Assembly (NCBI GenBank): GCA_963666315.2
Contig: CAXXHG010000020.1
Location: 1 to 64,000, forward strand
Direction of reading: 5' to 3'
Source of the DNA: Candidatus Binatia bacterium
GTDB taxonomy: Bacteria; Desulfobacterota; Binatia; Bin18
DNA: 64,000 bases
Within the stretch, counting starts at the first letter, position 1. Each line of letters begins with the position of its first letter. Both the position numbers and the translations under genes were made by a program. Below are positions 41,431 through 51,532 of the stretch, in pieces. The notes beneath the pieces were generated by a model, which saw nothing but the letters and a program-made list of their open reading frames with translations, was not told the origin of the DNA and did no database searches.

Positions 41431-42510
41431 ATGCAATTCGGCATCATCTTTCCAACTCGCATCGATGATTGGCAACTCATTAAAGACGCCGAGGACCTGG
41501 GCTATGACCGCGCCTGGGCGCCTGACTCGCAAATGATCTGGTCGGACTGCTACACAACCCTGGCACTTGCCGCCCATAATACATCGCGCATTCACATCGG
41601 CAGCGGAGTGTCGATTCCCGGTACGCGTATCGCCCCAGTCACCGCGCACTCTATTGCCTCTATTAATCAGATTGCTCCCGGCCGGATATTTCTCGGCATC
41701 GGGACGGGACACACGGCCATGCGCGTCATGGGCATGAAACCCATGCGCATCGCTCCGTTTCGGGAGTATCTACGGGTCGTCAGCACATTGCTACGCGGCG
41801 AAGAAGTAGAGTACACACTGGATGGGACGACGCGCACCATTCGGTTTCTGCACCAAGATCTGCGCTTTATTAATCTCGAAGATCCTATTCCGATTTATAT
41901 TGCCGCCAATGGACCCAGAGCTCTCAATATTACCGGAGAATTTGGTGACGGCCTCACCACGCTCCTGTACGAGGACACCAGCATTCTGGCCAGCCATTTA
42001 CAACTCATAAAAAAAGGTGCAGCCAAAGCCGGACGTAACCTGCCCGACCCGTTTCATGTATCAGCCGTGACTTCGGCTGTTATTCTACGTCCAGGTGAAA
42101 CCCTGGCATCAGAGCGCGTGATTGATGCTTGCGGAGCCTGGGTCACGACCGCGTTACATTTCGTGTACGAAGTCTACCAGCTCACAAAAAAGGAAGAGGT
42201 CATCCCGCCCGCGTTTCAAGACATCTGGGAAGAATACTGCGCCTATGTTGAAAAAATGGAGACTCCAGCTGACAAACGCTATCTCCAGATCCATGACGGT
42301 CACAGCACCTATCTGGTTCCGGCAGAACGGCGCTTTGTCACCCCTAAAGCGATTCAAGGTACGAGTTTAGTAGGAACGCCTGATGAGATTATCGAGCGCA
42401 TACGACAAGCAGAGAAAGCGGGCATGCGCGAGCTCACCATCCTCCCGCCAACAGAAACGAACCGGGAGATGGTTACGGAATTTGCGGAGAAGGTGATACC
42501 GCGGTATTAG
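41431..42510 (+). CDS. LLM-class flavin-dependent oxidoreductase
   Basis: WAPDSQMIWSDCY, APGRIFLGIGTG, PIYIAANGP motifs. Confidence 0.92.
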   Translation: MQFGIIFPTRIDDWQLIKDAEDLGYDRAWAPDSQMIWSDCYTTLALAAHNTSRIHIGSGVSIPGTRIAPVTAHSIASINQIAPGRIFLGIGTGHTAMRVMGMKPMRIAPFREYLRVVSTLLRGEEVEYTLDGTTRTIRFLHQDLRFINLEDPIPIYIAANGPRALNITGEFGDGLTTLLYEDTSILASHLQLIKKGAAKAGRNLPDPFHVSAVTSAVILRPGETLASERVIDACGAWVTTALHFVYEVYQLTKKEEVIPPAFQDIWEEYCAYVEKMETPADKRYLQIHDGHSTYLVPAERRFVTPKAIQGTSLVGTPDEIIERIRQAEKAGMRELTILPPTETNREMVTEFAEKVIPRY

Positions 42511-42524
42511 CCGTTATCGAGACT

Positions 42525-42601
42525 GTAGGGGTAACCCTATGTGGTTGCCTTTCCGACTCATGGCCCACCCCGGCGCTTCGCGCCACCCCTCCTTGGAGGG
42601 G
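42525..42601. repeat. Two adjacent REP-like palindromes between convergent genes
   Basis: GTAGGGGTAACCCTATGTGGTTGCC, then CCCACCCCGGCGCTTCGCGCCACCCCTCCTTGGAGGGG (two small hairpins). Confidence 0.5.
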
Positions 42602-42612
42602 AATATAAAGAT

Positions 42613-43755
42613 CTACCCTCCAACCTGCTCATTCAAATTCGCAATCGCGTCAACATAACCTTCGATCATTTCGCGTACCACATCACGCGTCGCTCGACTC
42701 GTTTTGTGCGCGCCTATGCCCTGACCGGCTGGATAGGTGTAGAGCTGATACGCGCCAGACCCTTGTGTTACGCCAGGCGCTTTCATGGCATGATCGATAC
42801 GCCTCAAATAGTCATAATTCAGTACACTCTGTAGCGGCGTTTTGAGCGGCTCTGGCGTGTCTGGCCGATCCCATTCTTCCGTCCATTTGGAACGCAAAAA
42901 ACGGGCGTGTTTACCCGTCATGGACCTGGTCCGAATAGTGTCATCTGTATCCGCGGCCAGCATCTTTTCCTTAGCCATGCGATCTAGCTCAGATTCAACA
43001 GTCGTCAACCAGACCGAACCACACCACACGCCCTGTGCGCCAAGCGCCATGGCTGCCGCCATCTGGCGCCCACTGCCTATACCTCCAGCGCCCAGCACCG
43101 GGATCGGCGCAACCGCGTCAACGACTTCCGGGATCAATACCATGCCACCGATTTCTCCAGTGTGGCCACCAGCTTCGTATGACTGGGCGATAATCACGTC
43201 CACGCCAGCCGCTTTATGCCGTTCGGCATGCTTTTTCTTGCCTGCCAGAGCGCCAACATACAGACCCCGCTCATGCGCAGCTTGTATCACCCAGTCCGGC
43301 GGTATGCCGAGCGCACTCACCAGGAACTTGGCTTTATGCGCAAAGGCAATGTCAATAATGCCTTTGGCCTGCTTCTGAGAATAGCGTAGGCCGCGCTCTT
43401 TTTTGGAAGACGTCAGATGTTCTGGAAGCTCCGGCACACGGGCCTGTGACAGCAGGCTATCAAGGAATTGCCTATGCTCGTCCGGGATGTAGTCTTTGAG
43501 TGATTTTTGATCCATCCCACCTTTTTCTGCGCCCACATAGTTTGCCGGCATCATGAGATCAACGCCGTAGGGAAGGTCTCCCAGCTGTTCGTCTATCCAT
43601 TGCAGATCAATTTCCAGACGTTCGTCAGAGTGAATCGCCGCGCCCAGCACACCCAGCCCACCGGCCTTACTCACCGCGACGACCACATCACGGCAATGTG
43701 TGAAAGCAAAAATAGGATATTCGATTCCAAACATTTGTGTGATTTGTACTGACAT
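42613..43755 (-). CDS. Nitronate monooxygenase / FabK-like FMN oxidoreductase
   Basis: PIFAFTHCRDVV, GGLGVLGA, EAGGHTG, AGGIGSGRQ, GVWCGSVWL motifs. Confidence 0.9.
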   Translation of the reverse strand: MSVQITQMFGIEYPIFAFTHCRDVVVAVSKAGGLGVLGAAIHSDERLEIDLQWIDEQLGDLPYGVDLMMPANYVGAEKGGMDQKSLKDYIPDEHRQFLDSLLSQARVPELPEHLTSSKKERGLRYSQKQAKGIIDIAFAHKAKFLVSALGIPPDWVIQAAHERGLYVGALAGKKKHAERHKAAGVDVIIAQSYEAGGHTGEIGGMVLIPEVVDAVAPIPVLGAGGIGSGRQMAAAMALGAQGVWCGSVWLTTVESELDRMAKEKMLAADTDDTIRTRSMTGKHARFLRSKWTEEWDRPDTPEPLKTPLQSVLNYDYLRRIDHAMKAPGVTQGSGAYQLYTYPAGQGIGAHKTSRATRDVVREMIEGYVDAIANLNEQVGG

Positions 43756-43921
43756 AATCTTCCCCCGCCGAAAGAGATCTCCTCACAACTTGCAATAGCG
43801 TGCCTACATACGCAAGCGCTATCAAAAATACGGTGTGGAGGCGTAGCGCGTAGCGCCGGGGCGGGTTTTAGATTCTCGACACGCAGGAATACCCTTCCAC
43901 GGAACTGTAGCCAGAGTACTC

Positions 43922-44776
43922 CTACTCCTTTGGCTTCATAAATTTGAGCGTCATACGATCGCTCTCGCCGATAGCAAGATATTTATCCTGATCTATCTCT
44001 CCAAGCCGCAACCGTGGGGGTAATGTCCACACGCCTTTCGGGTGGTCCCTGGAGTCTTTCGGGTTGGCATTGAACTCGGACTTAGCCACACGTTTGAAGC
44101 CCGCTTTCTCGACCATTTGAATAGTCGCCTCCTCGGTCACATATCCAGAGCGGGCTTGGGGGTCTTGCGGCTTGGCAGGATCGCCACGGTGCTCGACCAC
44201 TCCAAAGATACCGCCCGGTTTTAACGCTTTGTATATGGCTGAAAAAACACCGTCAGCAGTCCCCGCTTTCATCCAGTTATGTACATTCCGAAAAGTGAGC
44301 ACCATGTCCGCCGAGCCTTCCGGTGCGATAGCGACTTTATGTGGCGGGGCGAGCTCTGTAATCGTCGGCTTACCGTACACGTCGGGGTTCGAGGTGAGTT
44401 TTTCGTCCAAGATCTTTATCAAATTCTGGACATACGCGCGGTCAGATTCTCGATCCGGTCCGGCAGCGTAATATGTCCCTTTGTCTTTGAGGTAGGGCGC
44501 CAGAATCTCGGTATACCAACCCCTTCCCGGCGATATCTCGACAACGGTCATGTCCGATTTCAGGCCCAACCAAGTCAGGGTTTTGGCCGGATGCCGATAC
44601 TGGTCACGCGCCTTATGCTCTGCTGAGCGATGTTCTCCATCGATCACAGCTTGCAGCGCAGGATCGACAGAATTTGAGAACTCATGCTGGTCGGCAAAGA
44701 CATATCCGACCGAGGACACGCCAAGAGTAACCGCTAGGCAGCCTTGTAGGAAACGAAGCAGTAGAGATTTCTTCAT
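43922..44776 (-). CDS. Predicted periplasmic SAM-dependent methyltransferase-like protein
   Basis: Signal peptide; RDQYRHP, VVEISPGRGWYTEIL, LTFRNVHNW, GVWTLPP, IGESDRMTLKF. Confidence 0.85.
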   Translation of the reverse strand: MKKSLLLRFLQGCLAVTLGVSSVGYVFADQHEFSNSVDPALQAVIDGEHRSAEHKARDQYRHPAKTLTWLGLKSDMTVVEISPGRGWYTEILAPYLKDKGTYYAAGPDRESDRAYVQNLIKILDEKLTSNPDVYGKPTITELAPPHKVAIAPEGSADMVLTFRNVHNWMKAGTADGVFSAIYKALKPGGIFGVVEHRGDPAKPQDPQARSGYVTEEATIQMVEKAGFKRVAKSEFNANPKDSRDHPKGVWTLPPRLRLGEIDQDKYLAIGESDRMTLKFMKPKE

Positions 44777-45010
44777 AAACAGCCCTCCATACTCATATTG
44801 CTTATTTACGTCGTCAGATCGCCATCCATAAGAATGGACTGGCCAATCACACAGGACAAGAACGCTGGGAACAGTCCTCTTATAGCAGCCGCAGAGTAGG
44901 AACAGGAACCACGTGAGGGTAGTGAGTTCAGTGTATTGATGGACAGACGGGTCTCGTACCCGCCCTTTCCCAAGCAAGCGCAAGGGATAGCAAGGGCTAT
45001 CCTGCCACTA

Positions 45011-45238
45011 TCAGTACGCGGGGGCGCACACGCCCATATATGCGTCACAGAACGGTTCGACAGAGGGCGCCGGCGGGCGCGACGTGGTCGGCGGAATACC
45101 AATCTTTGCCCCAGCAAACGTTCCGCACAGCTGCACTTGGCCGCTGTTGACCAAATATACGACCGTGGCTACAACTTCTTCCTCGCCGGCCGCGACAGCA
45201 TGGACTGCCCGGACGAGATCAAGAAGCGTACACCCCAT
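45011..45238 (-). CDS. Small hypothetical protein
   Basis: TLLDLVRAVHAVAAGEEEVVATVVYLVNSGQVQLCGTFAG looks like a compact helical/winged domain; GGGAG upstream of ATG 45238. Start uncertain. Confidence 0.55.
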   Translation of the reverse strand: MGCTLLDLVRAVHAVAAGEEEVVATVVYLVNSGQVQLCGTFAGAKIGIPPTTSRPPAPSVEPFCDAYMGVCAPAY

Positions 45239-45431
45239 CGGCGTAGGCTCCCCGCTCCGCCCTTGTGTTCGAGGCAGTATGGAGAGGAGGGGAGGAACGG
45301 AGCACTTGGTTTTTTTACTCTGCCTGCCAAGTGCTCCGTTTTGTGAGAAAAGAGAATCAAGAGTGCGGGCGTTTGGGGAGGTCGTGCGTATATTTCTATT
45401 CCGCATGGTCCGCACTCCCTTGGGCTGTCAG

Positions 45432-46922
45432 CTATTTCGCTGCGAGTGAGGCATATTGATTCACGCCATTGCCGCGTCGCAGCAATAGTAAGAGCGGCTT
45501 ATCCTCTACCACTTTTGCGATTTCCTTTTTCAGCGCATCAACAGACTCGACCCGTGTCCGGTTGACTTCCAGGATTACGTCGCCCTCACGCACTCCGGCT
45601 TCGGCAGCCGGACTATCCGGATTCACACCAGCCACGATCACGCCTTCCCCGTCTTTGAGGTTCATCCGCTCCCGCTCCTGCGGATTCAGTTCGCGCAGAG
45701 CCATACCCCATTTCCCTTTTTGAACAGGTCCGCTCGCCGGTTCGGGCTCGTCCAATTTGGCAATCTCAATCGTCAGCGTTTTCGTCTGCCCGTCGCGTAG
45801 CACCTCGACCGGTACTGCGTTGCCGACCTTGGTGTTTGCTACCAGCACGGGCAAATCGGAATTTTCTGCCACTTCGTGGCCGTCATAGCGGACAATCACA
45901 TCGCCGCGTTGTACGCCGCCTTTATCGGCAGGGCTGTCCGGGGAGACATCGGCCACCAACGCACCACTCGCCTCTTCGAGTCCGAGCGATTCAGCTAGCT
46001 CTTTGGTCATCTTTTGAATGGTCACCCCCAGCCAGCCGCGAGTGATATGACCTTTGGTTTCCAGATCAGGCACGAGCTGTTTGGCCAAGTTGATCGGGAT
46101 GGCAAAGCCAATGCCGATATTGCCACCACCACTGCCATAGATTGCCGTGTTAATGCCAACGACTTCGCCCTTTTCGTTAAACAGCGGCCCACCCGAGTTT
46201 CCGGGGTTAATTGAGGCATCAGTCTGGATGAAGTCATCATACGGACCAGCACCGATCGTCCGGCCTTTGGCACTCACAATGCCAGCGGTGACCGTATTGC
46301 TCAAGCCGAATGGATTACCAATGGCCATGACCCAGTCACCCACGCGCAGGTTCTCAGAGTCGCCCAGGCTAGCCACCGGCAGGTCAACTGCGGCTTCGAT
46401 CTTCAGGACAGCGAGATCGGTCTTGGGGTCACGGCCGAGCACTATGGCCTGATATTCCCGTTCGTCCGGCAAATTCACCATGATTTCGGTCGCGTTTTCG
46501 ACCACATGGTTATTCGTAATAATGAGACCGTCCTTACGGATGATAAACCCAGAGCCGGAACTGCGGCGCGGAAAGCCCTGAGGCGGACGCCGCGGGTAAG
46601 GCGAACGAAAGTCAGGCGGGAACGGGAATTGGCGACCAAAAGGATTGTGCGGACCACCAAAACCGCGTCCGCGGTCGGATGCTTTTTCTATCCCTACCAC
46701 TCGGACATGGACGACGGCGGGCGACACATGCTCAGCTAGATCGGCAAACGATGGGAGCCCGACTGGCGTTAATGTAACCCCAGGCGTCGAAATTGCCGCC
46801 TCAGTTTCAGTTTCCGGTGCAGCACGGACGGCATCAAGCTGAGTCATACGCCCCAAGGCAAAAGCACCCAGAGCGAGTGTAACGGCCATCACTCCAACGA
46901 ACGTTTTCTTTTTCATCTGCAT
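45432..46922 (-). CDS. degQ: DegP/DegQ (HtrA) serine endoprotease with two PDZ domains
   Basis: GSGFII, TNNHV, DLAVL, TDASINPGNSGGPL catalytic triad; RGWLGV PDZ. RBS GAGGAGG. Confidence 0.95.
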   Translation of the reverse strand: MQMKKKTFVGVMAVTLALGAFALGRMTQLDAVRAAPETETEAAISTPGVTLTPVGLPSFADLAEHVSPAVVHVRVVGIEKASDRGRGFGGPHNPFGRQFPFPPDFRSPYPRRPPQGFPRRSSGSGFIIRKDGLIITNNHVVENATEIMVNLPDEREYQAIVLGRDPKTDLAVLKIEAAVDLPVASLGDSENLRVGDWVMAIGNPFGLSNTVTAGIVSAKGRTIGAGPYDDFIQTDASINPGNSGGPLFNEKGEVVGINTAIYGSGGGNIGIGFAIPINLAKQLVPDLETKGHITRGWLGVTIQKMTKELAESLGLEEASGALVADVSPDSPADKGGVQRGDVIVRYDGHEVAENSDLPVLVANTKVGNAVPVEVLRDGQTKTLTIEIAKLDEPEPASGPVQKGKWGMALRELNPQERERMNLKDGEGVIVAGVNPDSPAAEAGVREGDVILEVNRTRVESVDALKKEIAKVVEDKPLLLLLRRGNGVNQYASLAAK

Positions 46923-47062
46923 AACATTCCTCCTCGCAGCAGCGTTTCTGTGTTCTTTGACGTTATATATACCCATTATATATGAGAGACAGATGAGACC
47001 AAGATTAAAGTTCTCTCATGTTTCCAAATGCCCTCTTGTCTGGCGGGAGCGACGGGGAGCAC

Positions 47063-47956
47063 CTATGGATACGTTGAGGAGGTCTCCAGCCAGGCAATCA
47101 GACACAGAAAAACAGCACTCAGCCCAGCGAGCCACTGCAGAGTGCGTTCGTTTGCTTCAGGCAGGGCGGGGACAAGCGCACCAAGCAGGACGCCACTCAA
47201 GAGGCCGCCAATATGGGCCGTATGGTCGACGCTGGGTTCAATACCGATCACAAAGCCGTAAAAGGCGATCAGCATCGCGGGCACATGCCACAATTTATAG
47301 CGTGAAGACGCAGGAAAGAGGAAAAGCTGTCGCAGCCGCACCCCGGACAATGCTCCGAGCAAACCCAGAATAGCCCCCGACGCACCAGCCTTCACCGCGA
47401 ATGACGGATTCCAGAAATAGCTCGCCCAATTCCCCATCACTCCAGCCACAACATAAATAAACAGTAATCGTCCCGGCCCGACTGCTCGTAAAGTGAGGAC
47501 GCCTAGGACACCAAGCGTAGCCATATTACCCGCTAGATGCTTGAGTCCGATATGGAGGAATAGAGCAGTCACAGTCCGCCACCATTCTCCATCCACGAGT
47601 AACAGGGTACGGATTGCGCCAAAGCGGAGTAACGTCGCAGAGCCGTGCGAGCTGCCGTGCTGCTCCAGCAGCCACCATACGACCATATTGATACTGATCA
47701 GCCCCGCAATCCACGCGAGACTACTCTTGTCTCCTAATAAGAACTCTGGAGGCGTTGAAGGACGTGGGGCATCTTCTTCGCTGATGAGTTGCTGCGCCTC
47801 TAGCAGACGAGCCGCTTCGACTTCAATGACCCACCCGCTGGTGGGATGCTCTTTTCGGAAAGACAGCTGAGAATTGATGCCGGCGCTGGCGAGTATGAGA
47901 GCCGTTTCTTCGGCGTGACCTTTCTCAGCAACAGCGATCAGAAATGCAGAGGCCAC
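47063..47956 (-). CDS. Rhomboid family intramembrane serine protease
   Basis: GEWWRTVTALFLH, HLAGN, GASGA (Ser), AHIGG (His). Confidence 0.9.
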   Translation of the reverse strand: MASAFLIAVAEKGHAEETALILASAGINSQLSFRKEHPTSGWVIEVEAARLLEAQQLISEEDAPRPSTPPEFLLGDKSSLAWIAGLISINMVVWWLLEQHGSSHGSATLLRFGAIRTLLLVDGEWWRTVTALFLHIGLKHLAGNMATLGVLGVLTLRAVGPGRLLFIYVVAGVMGNWASYFWNPSFAVKAGASGAILGLLGALSGVRLRQLFLFPASSRYKLWHVPAMLIAFYGFVIGIEPSVDHTAHIGGLLSGVLLGALVPALPEANERTLQWLAGLSAVFLCLIAWLETSSTYP

Positions 47957-48003
47957 AGAGATATCCGATATAGGGGCAGCCCCATGTGGCTGCCCGTCCC
48001 CTC

Positions 48004-48163
48004 CTACGACAACATCTTTTGCGCGCCCTTAACATAGGCGTCTTCTTTATTGTTCGCCTTTGGACAGGTCGATAGCCTGCACCGAGTAGTCCAAACCCAT
48101 TTCTTCCAAGGTAATAGAGACCTTCCAGCCGTTTGGGGTGGATGAGGTGTACAGCTCAATCAT
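48004..48163 (-). pseudogene. Glutathione S-transferase remnant (most of the gene deleted)
   Basis: RBS AGGAGG then [38 protein letters not shown]-stop; a shifted frame continues KEDAYVKGAQKMLS-stop. Confidence 0.8.
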
Positions 48164-48185
48164 GTCTTGTCCTCCTGAGTTTGGC

Positions 48186-49013
48186 CTAGTCTGGCTTAGT
48201 CGCGGCAAAACGCAGCCGCACATAATCCGCCGTCCATTGCCCTTCAGCGTCACACAGGTCCGGCTGCAGCACGTTACGAATTTCATTCATGACCGCCGAG
48301 CGATCAGCATCCGGAACAGCGTTCAGAAAGCTTCCAGTGAAAATTTCGAGCCAGTCTCTGATATCTCCGGGTAACCGCGTTGGCCGAGGGATGAGTTCCA
48401 TGGACGTGACTGTGTATCCGTGGGCTTGCAGCTGCTGGGTATATATTTCCGGAGTGGGGAAATACCACGGGTTAATCGGCTCTGGATCAATACCGCGAGA
48501 CTGGAGCGCTTGATACACGGCGGCAACGATAGTCGCAATATTCCCTGCGCCGCCGCATTCTGCCACAAACCGTCCGCCCGGCTTGAGCGCTTGCCACACC
48601 CCAGCAAGAACGGCGTCGCTGTGTTTCATCCAGTGCAAGGCGGCATTGCTGAACACCGCGTCAAACTCATTATCATACGAAAGCGCTTGGCCATCGACGA
48701 CATGCGCGTCTAAACCCCGTTTGCGTGCGGCTTCGATCTGCTCAGCACTTCCGTCTACGCCAACAACGAGACAGCCAAAGGCCGCCAGTTTTTCCGTCAG
48801 CGCCCCATCCCCGCAACCCAGGTCGAGAATGCGCTCACCGGGTTGTGGGTTCAGGAGTTCGACCACGGGCATCCCAAGGTCGGCCACAAAGCGAGCACTC
48901 CGCGCGTAGCGATCCGGGTCCCAGGTCTGACCTCGTCTTGTCTGACCTCGTATTGCTTGACCTTGTCGTGTTTGACTGTGTGTCGGCTGCGTGATGTCGG
49001 CTCCGTCTGACAT
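48186..49013 (-). CDS. Class I SAM-dependent methyltransferase (Tam-like)
   Basis: [39 protein letters not shown] motifs. Confidence 0.92.
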   Translation of the reverse strand: MSDGADITQPTHSQTRQGQAIRGQTRRGQTWDPDRYARSARFVADLGMPVVELLNPQPGERILDLGCGDGALTEKLAAFGCLVVGVDGSAEQIEAARKRGLDAHVVDGQALSYDNEFDAVFSNAALHWMKHSDAVLAGVWQALKPGGRFVAECGGAGNIATIVAAVYQALQSRGIDPEPINPWYFPTPEIYTQQLQAHGYTVTSMELIPRPTRLPGDIRDWLEIFTGSFLNAVPDADRSAVMNEIRNVLQPDLCDAEGQWTADYVRLRFAATKPD

Positions 49014-49344
49014 GAGTCTCCCTAATCGTGAAGCCGGGGGTGAGTCAAGAGGGAAGAGGCAATCAGACTACCCCTACAAAGAAAAGGCTGGAGAAGCGCC
49101 GCCGATGCAGTAAGGTTTTCTACGTAGACTTGCGCCTCTGTCTCCGTATTTTTTCGGACGCGCTTCTCTTGTTCCCAGCAACCTCCTTTTGCATAGTGTT
49201 ATTCGCATCATGCTATACTGAGACGCGACTGGGACATTAATCTGCCTATCATCCTTTGCTTACAATCTATCCGTTCTGCATATACGCGCAGCCTGGGTAA
49301 AGGCAGGTCCTGGCCTGAATTGATTTCTGTATGTACTGACCGCC

Positions 49345-51504
49345 ATGCGCAGTTTGACCGGATAGCACGTCATCGAGCAGCTGTACGAGAGTCCCACCTC
49401 GCTGGTATACCGCGCCCAGCGCGAGAGCGAGCAGTTTTCGATCATCCTCAAAATCCTCAAAGAAGAGTACCCGAGTCCGGCCGAACTGGTGCGCTCCCGC
49501 CAAGAGTACGAGATCACGCACAGCCTGGAGCTCCCGGGCGTGGTCCAGGTCTACAGCCAGCAGCCCTACCAGAACACCTTAGTGATGGAGGTCGAGGACT
49601 TCGGCGGCCGGTCCCTGGATCTGTGGCTGCAGGAGCAGTCTTTTCCTGTGGTCGACGTCCAGCTGACGGAGACGCTGGGCCAGGTGCATGCGGCCAACAT
49701 CATCCACAAGGACATCAATCCCGCTAACATCGTCTGGAACCGCGAGACAGACACGCTCAAGCTGATCGACTTCGGCATTGCCAGCCGCCTGTCCCGGGAG
49801 ACGCCGACCATCACCACGCCCCACCGCTTAGAAGGCACGCTGGCCTATCTGTCACCCGAGCAGACCGGGCGGATGAACCGGGTGGCGGACTACCGCACGG
49901 ATTACTACTCCTTGGGCGTGACCCTGTATGAGTTACTGACCGGCCAGGTGCTGTTTGTGGGGGACGATACGTTGGCGCTGGTGCATGCTCATTTGGCCAA
50001 GCCACCCGTGCCACCGCAGGTGATCAAGGCGGCGATTCCCGACAGTTGGTTGAAAGTCCGATCAACCGGATATTGCAAGGAAGAACGAGTCTCCAGTTGG
50101 GCGAGCATACCGCCTTGCTCACCCGTGATAGCAAGGAGCGCGCGGTGGACGGGAGCGGTGCGCCGATTTACAGCGCAGACGGGAAGCTCAAAGGCGCGGT
50201 CATGGTTTTTAGCGATGCCACCGAGCAACGGCGCCTAGAGGAAGAGTTACGTATGGAAGCCCTGGTGCTGGAAAGCATGGCCGAAGGTGTTCAGATGGCA
50301 ACCGAGGAGCGTATTATCTGTTTTACCAACCCGGCCTGGGATGCGATGTTCGGCTATGAACGGGGAACGTTGGTGGGACAGCATGTGTCCGTCCTCACGG
50401 CCGATCCCCCGGCAGAGCGTGCCCGGATTGCTGCAGACACCAAGGCACAGTTGCAGCGCGAGGGAGTGTGGATCGGTGAGTTTTCCAACTGCCGCAAGGA
50501 CGGCAGTCAATTTCTATCCGCGGCCCACATCAGTGTGCTGGAGGAGATGGATAAGCACTACCGGGTATCGGTTCAGCAAGATATCACCGAACGCAAGCAG
50601 GCCGAACGAGAACTGCGCCGGGCGAAAGATTCAGCCGAAGCTGCAGACCGAATAAAGTCCGAGTTTTTAGCCACAATGTCGCATGAGCTCCGCACGCCTC
50701 TCAACGTCATCCTCGGGTATGTCGATCTGCTGCTGGATGGGGCCTTCGGCGATCTGATCGATGAGCAGACGGAATGCGTCCGAGCCGTTTGAACTGATCG
50801 CTGCCATGCCGGAGTTGAGCCAGCTTGAGGCTGGTCGGTTACCCATAGAGATTCAACAGGTGCATCTTCCTGAGCTGCTGACAGAGATTCGAGCCGAGAT
50901 CCAGGATACGCAAGAGCGGTCTAATATAGACTTTGAGGGGAAGATCGAAGCCGATCTGCCCCTCCTCCAGACCGATCCGGGCAAGCTGAAAATCGTTTTG
51001 AAAAACTTACTCAGCAACGCCATCAAGTTTACAGAACAGGGCCATATCACGATCGAGGTCCGCAGGGACCAGAGAGGAGTGGAGATTAGCGTGAGCGACA
51101 CCGGTATCGGCATTCCTCAAGAGGCGCTCAGCCTTATTGTTGACCCCTTTCGTCAAGTCGACAGCTCAGCCACCCGCCAGTATAGGGGGACGGGCCTGGG
51201 ACTCCATATTGTAAAACATCTCCTGGACACCTTGAGCGGGGAAGTGCGGGTGGAAAGTGTGGTCGGACAGGGCTCAACCTTTCACGTGAAGATGCCAACC
51301 CTCGCAACCCTCCCGACCCGCGATGCCCTGGGGACATTAGGCTGCGACCCGACATTTTGCTCGGCCTCGCCCCAGACCTCCACTGCGCTGACAGGTCACT
51401 CTTCCGACGGCATGCAGCAGCCTGCTCCCTCTAGATCGTTGCAACGGACGTGTCTCGGTGCGAGTCCACACCCGCTTGCCGTTCAGCTCCTAGTGTGGCA
51501 ATAG
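49345..51504 (+). pseudogene. Degraded Ser/Thr kinase-PAS-histidine kinase hybrid (HstK-like)
   Basis: MRSLTG-TAG(49363)-HVIEQLYES...IIHKDINPANI...LIDFGIA...YLSPEQTGRMNR; frame break near 50045 into PAS and HisKA ([13 protein letters not shown]); second break near 50790 into HATPase (NLLSNAIKFT, DTGIGI, GTGLGL). Confidence 0.85.
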
Positions 51505-51532
51505 TCACAGGCGCAAGGAGCGCAAGGAGCGT

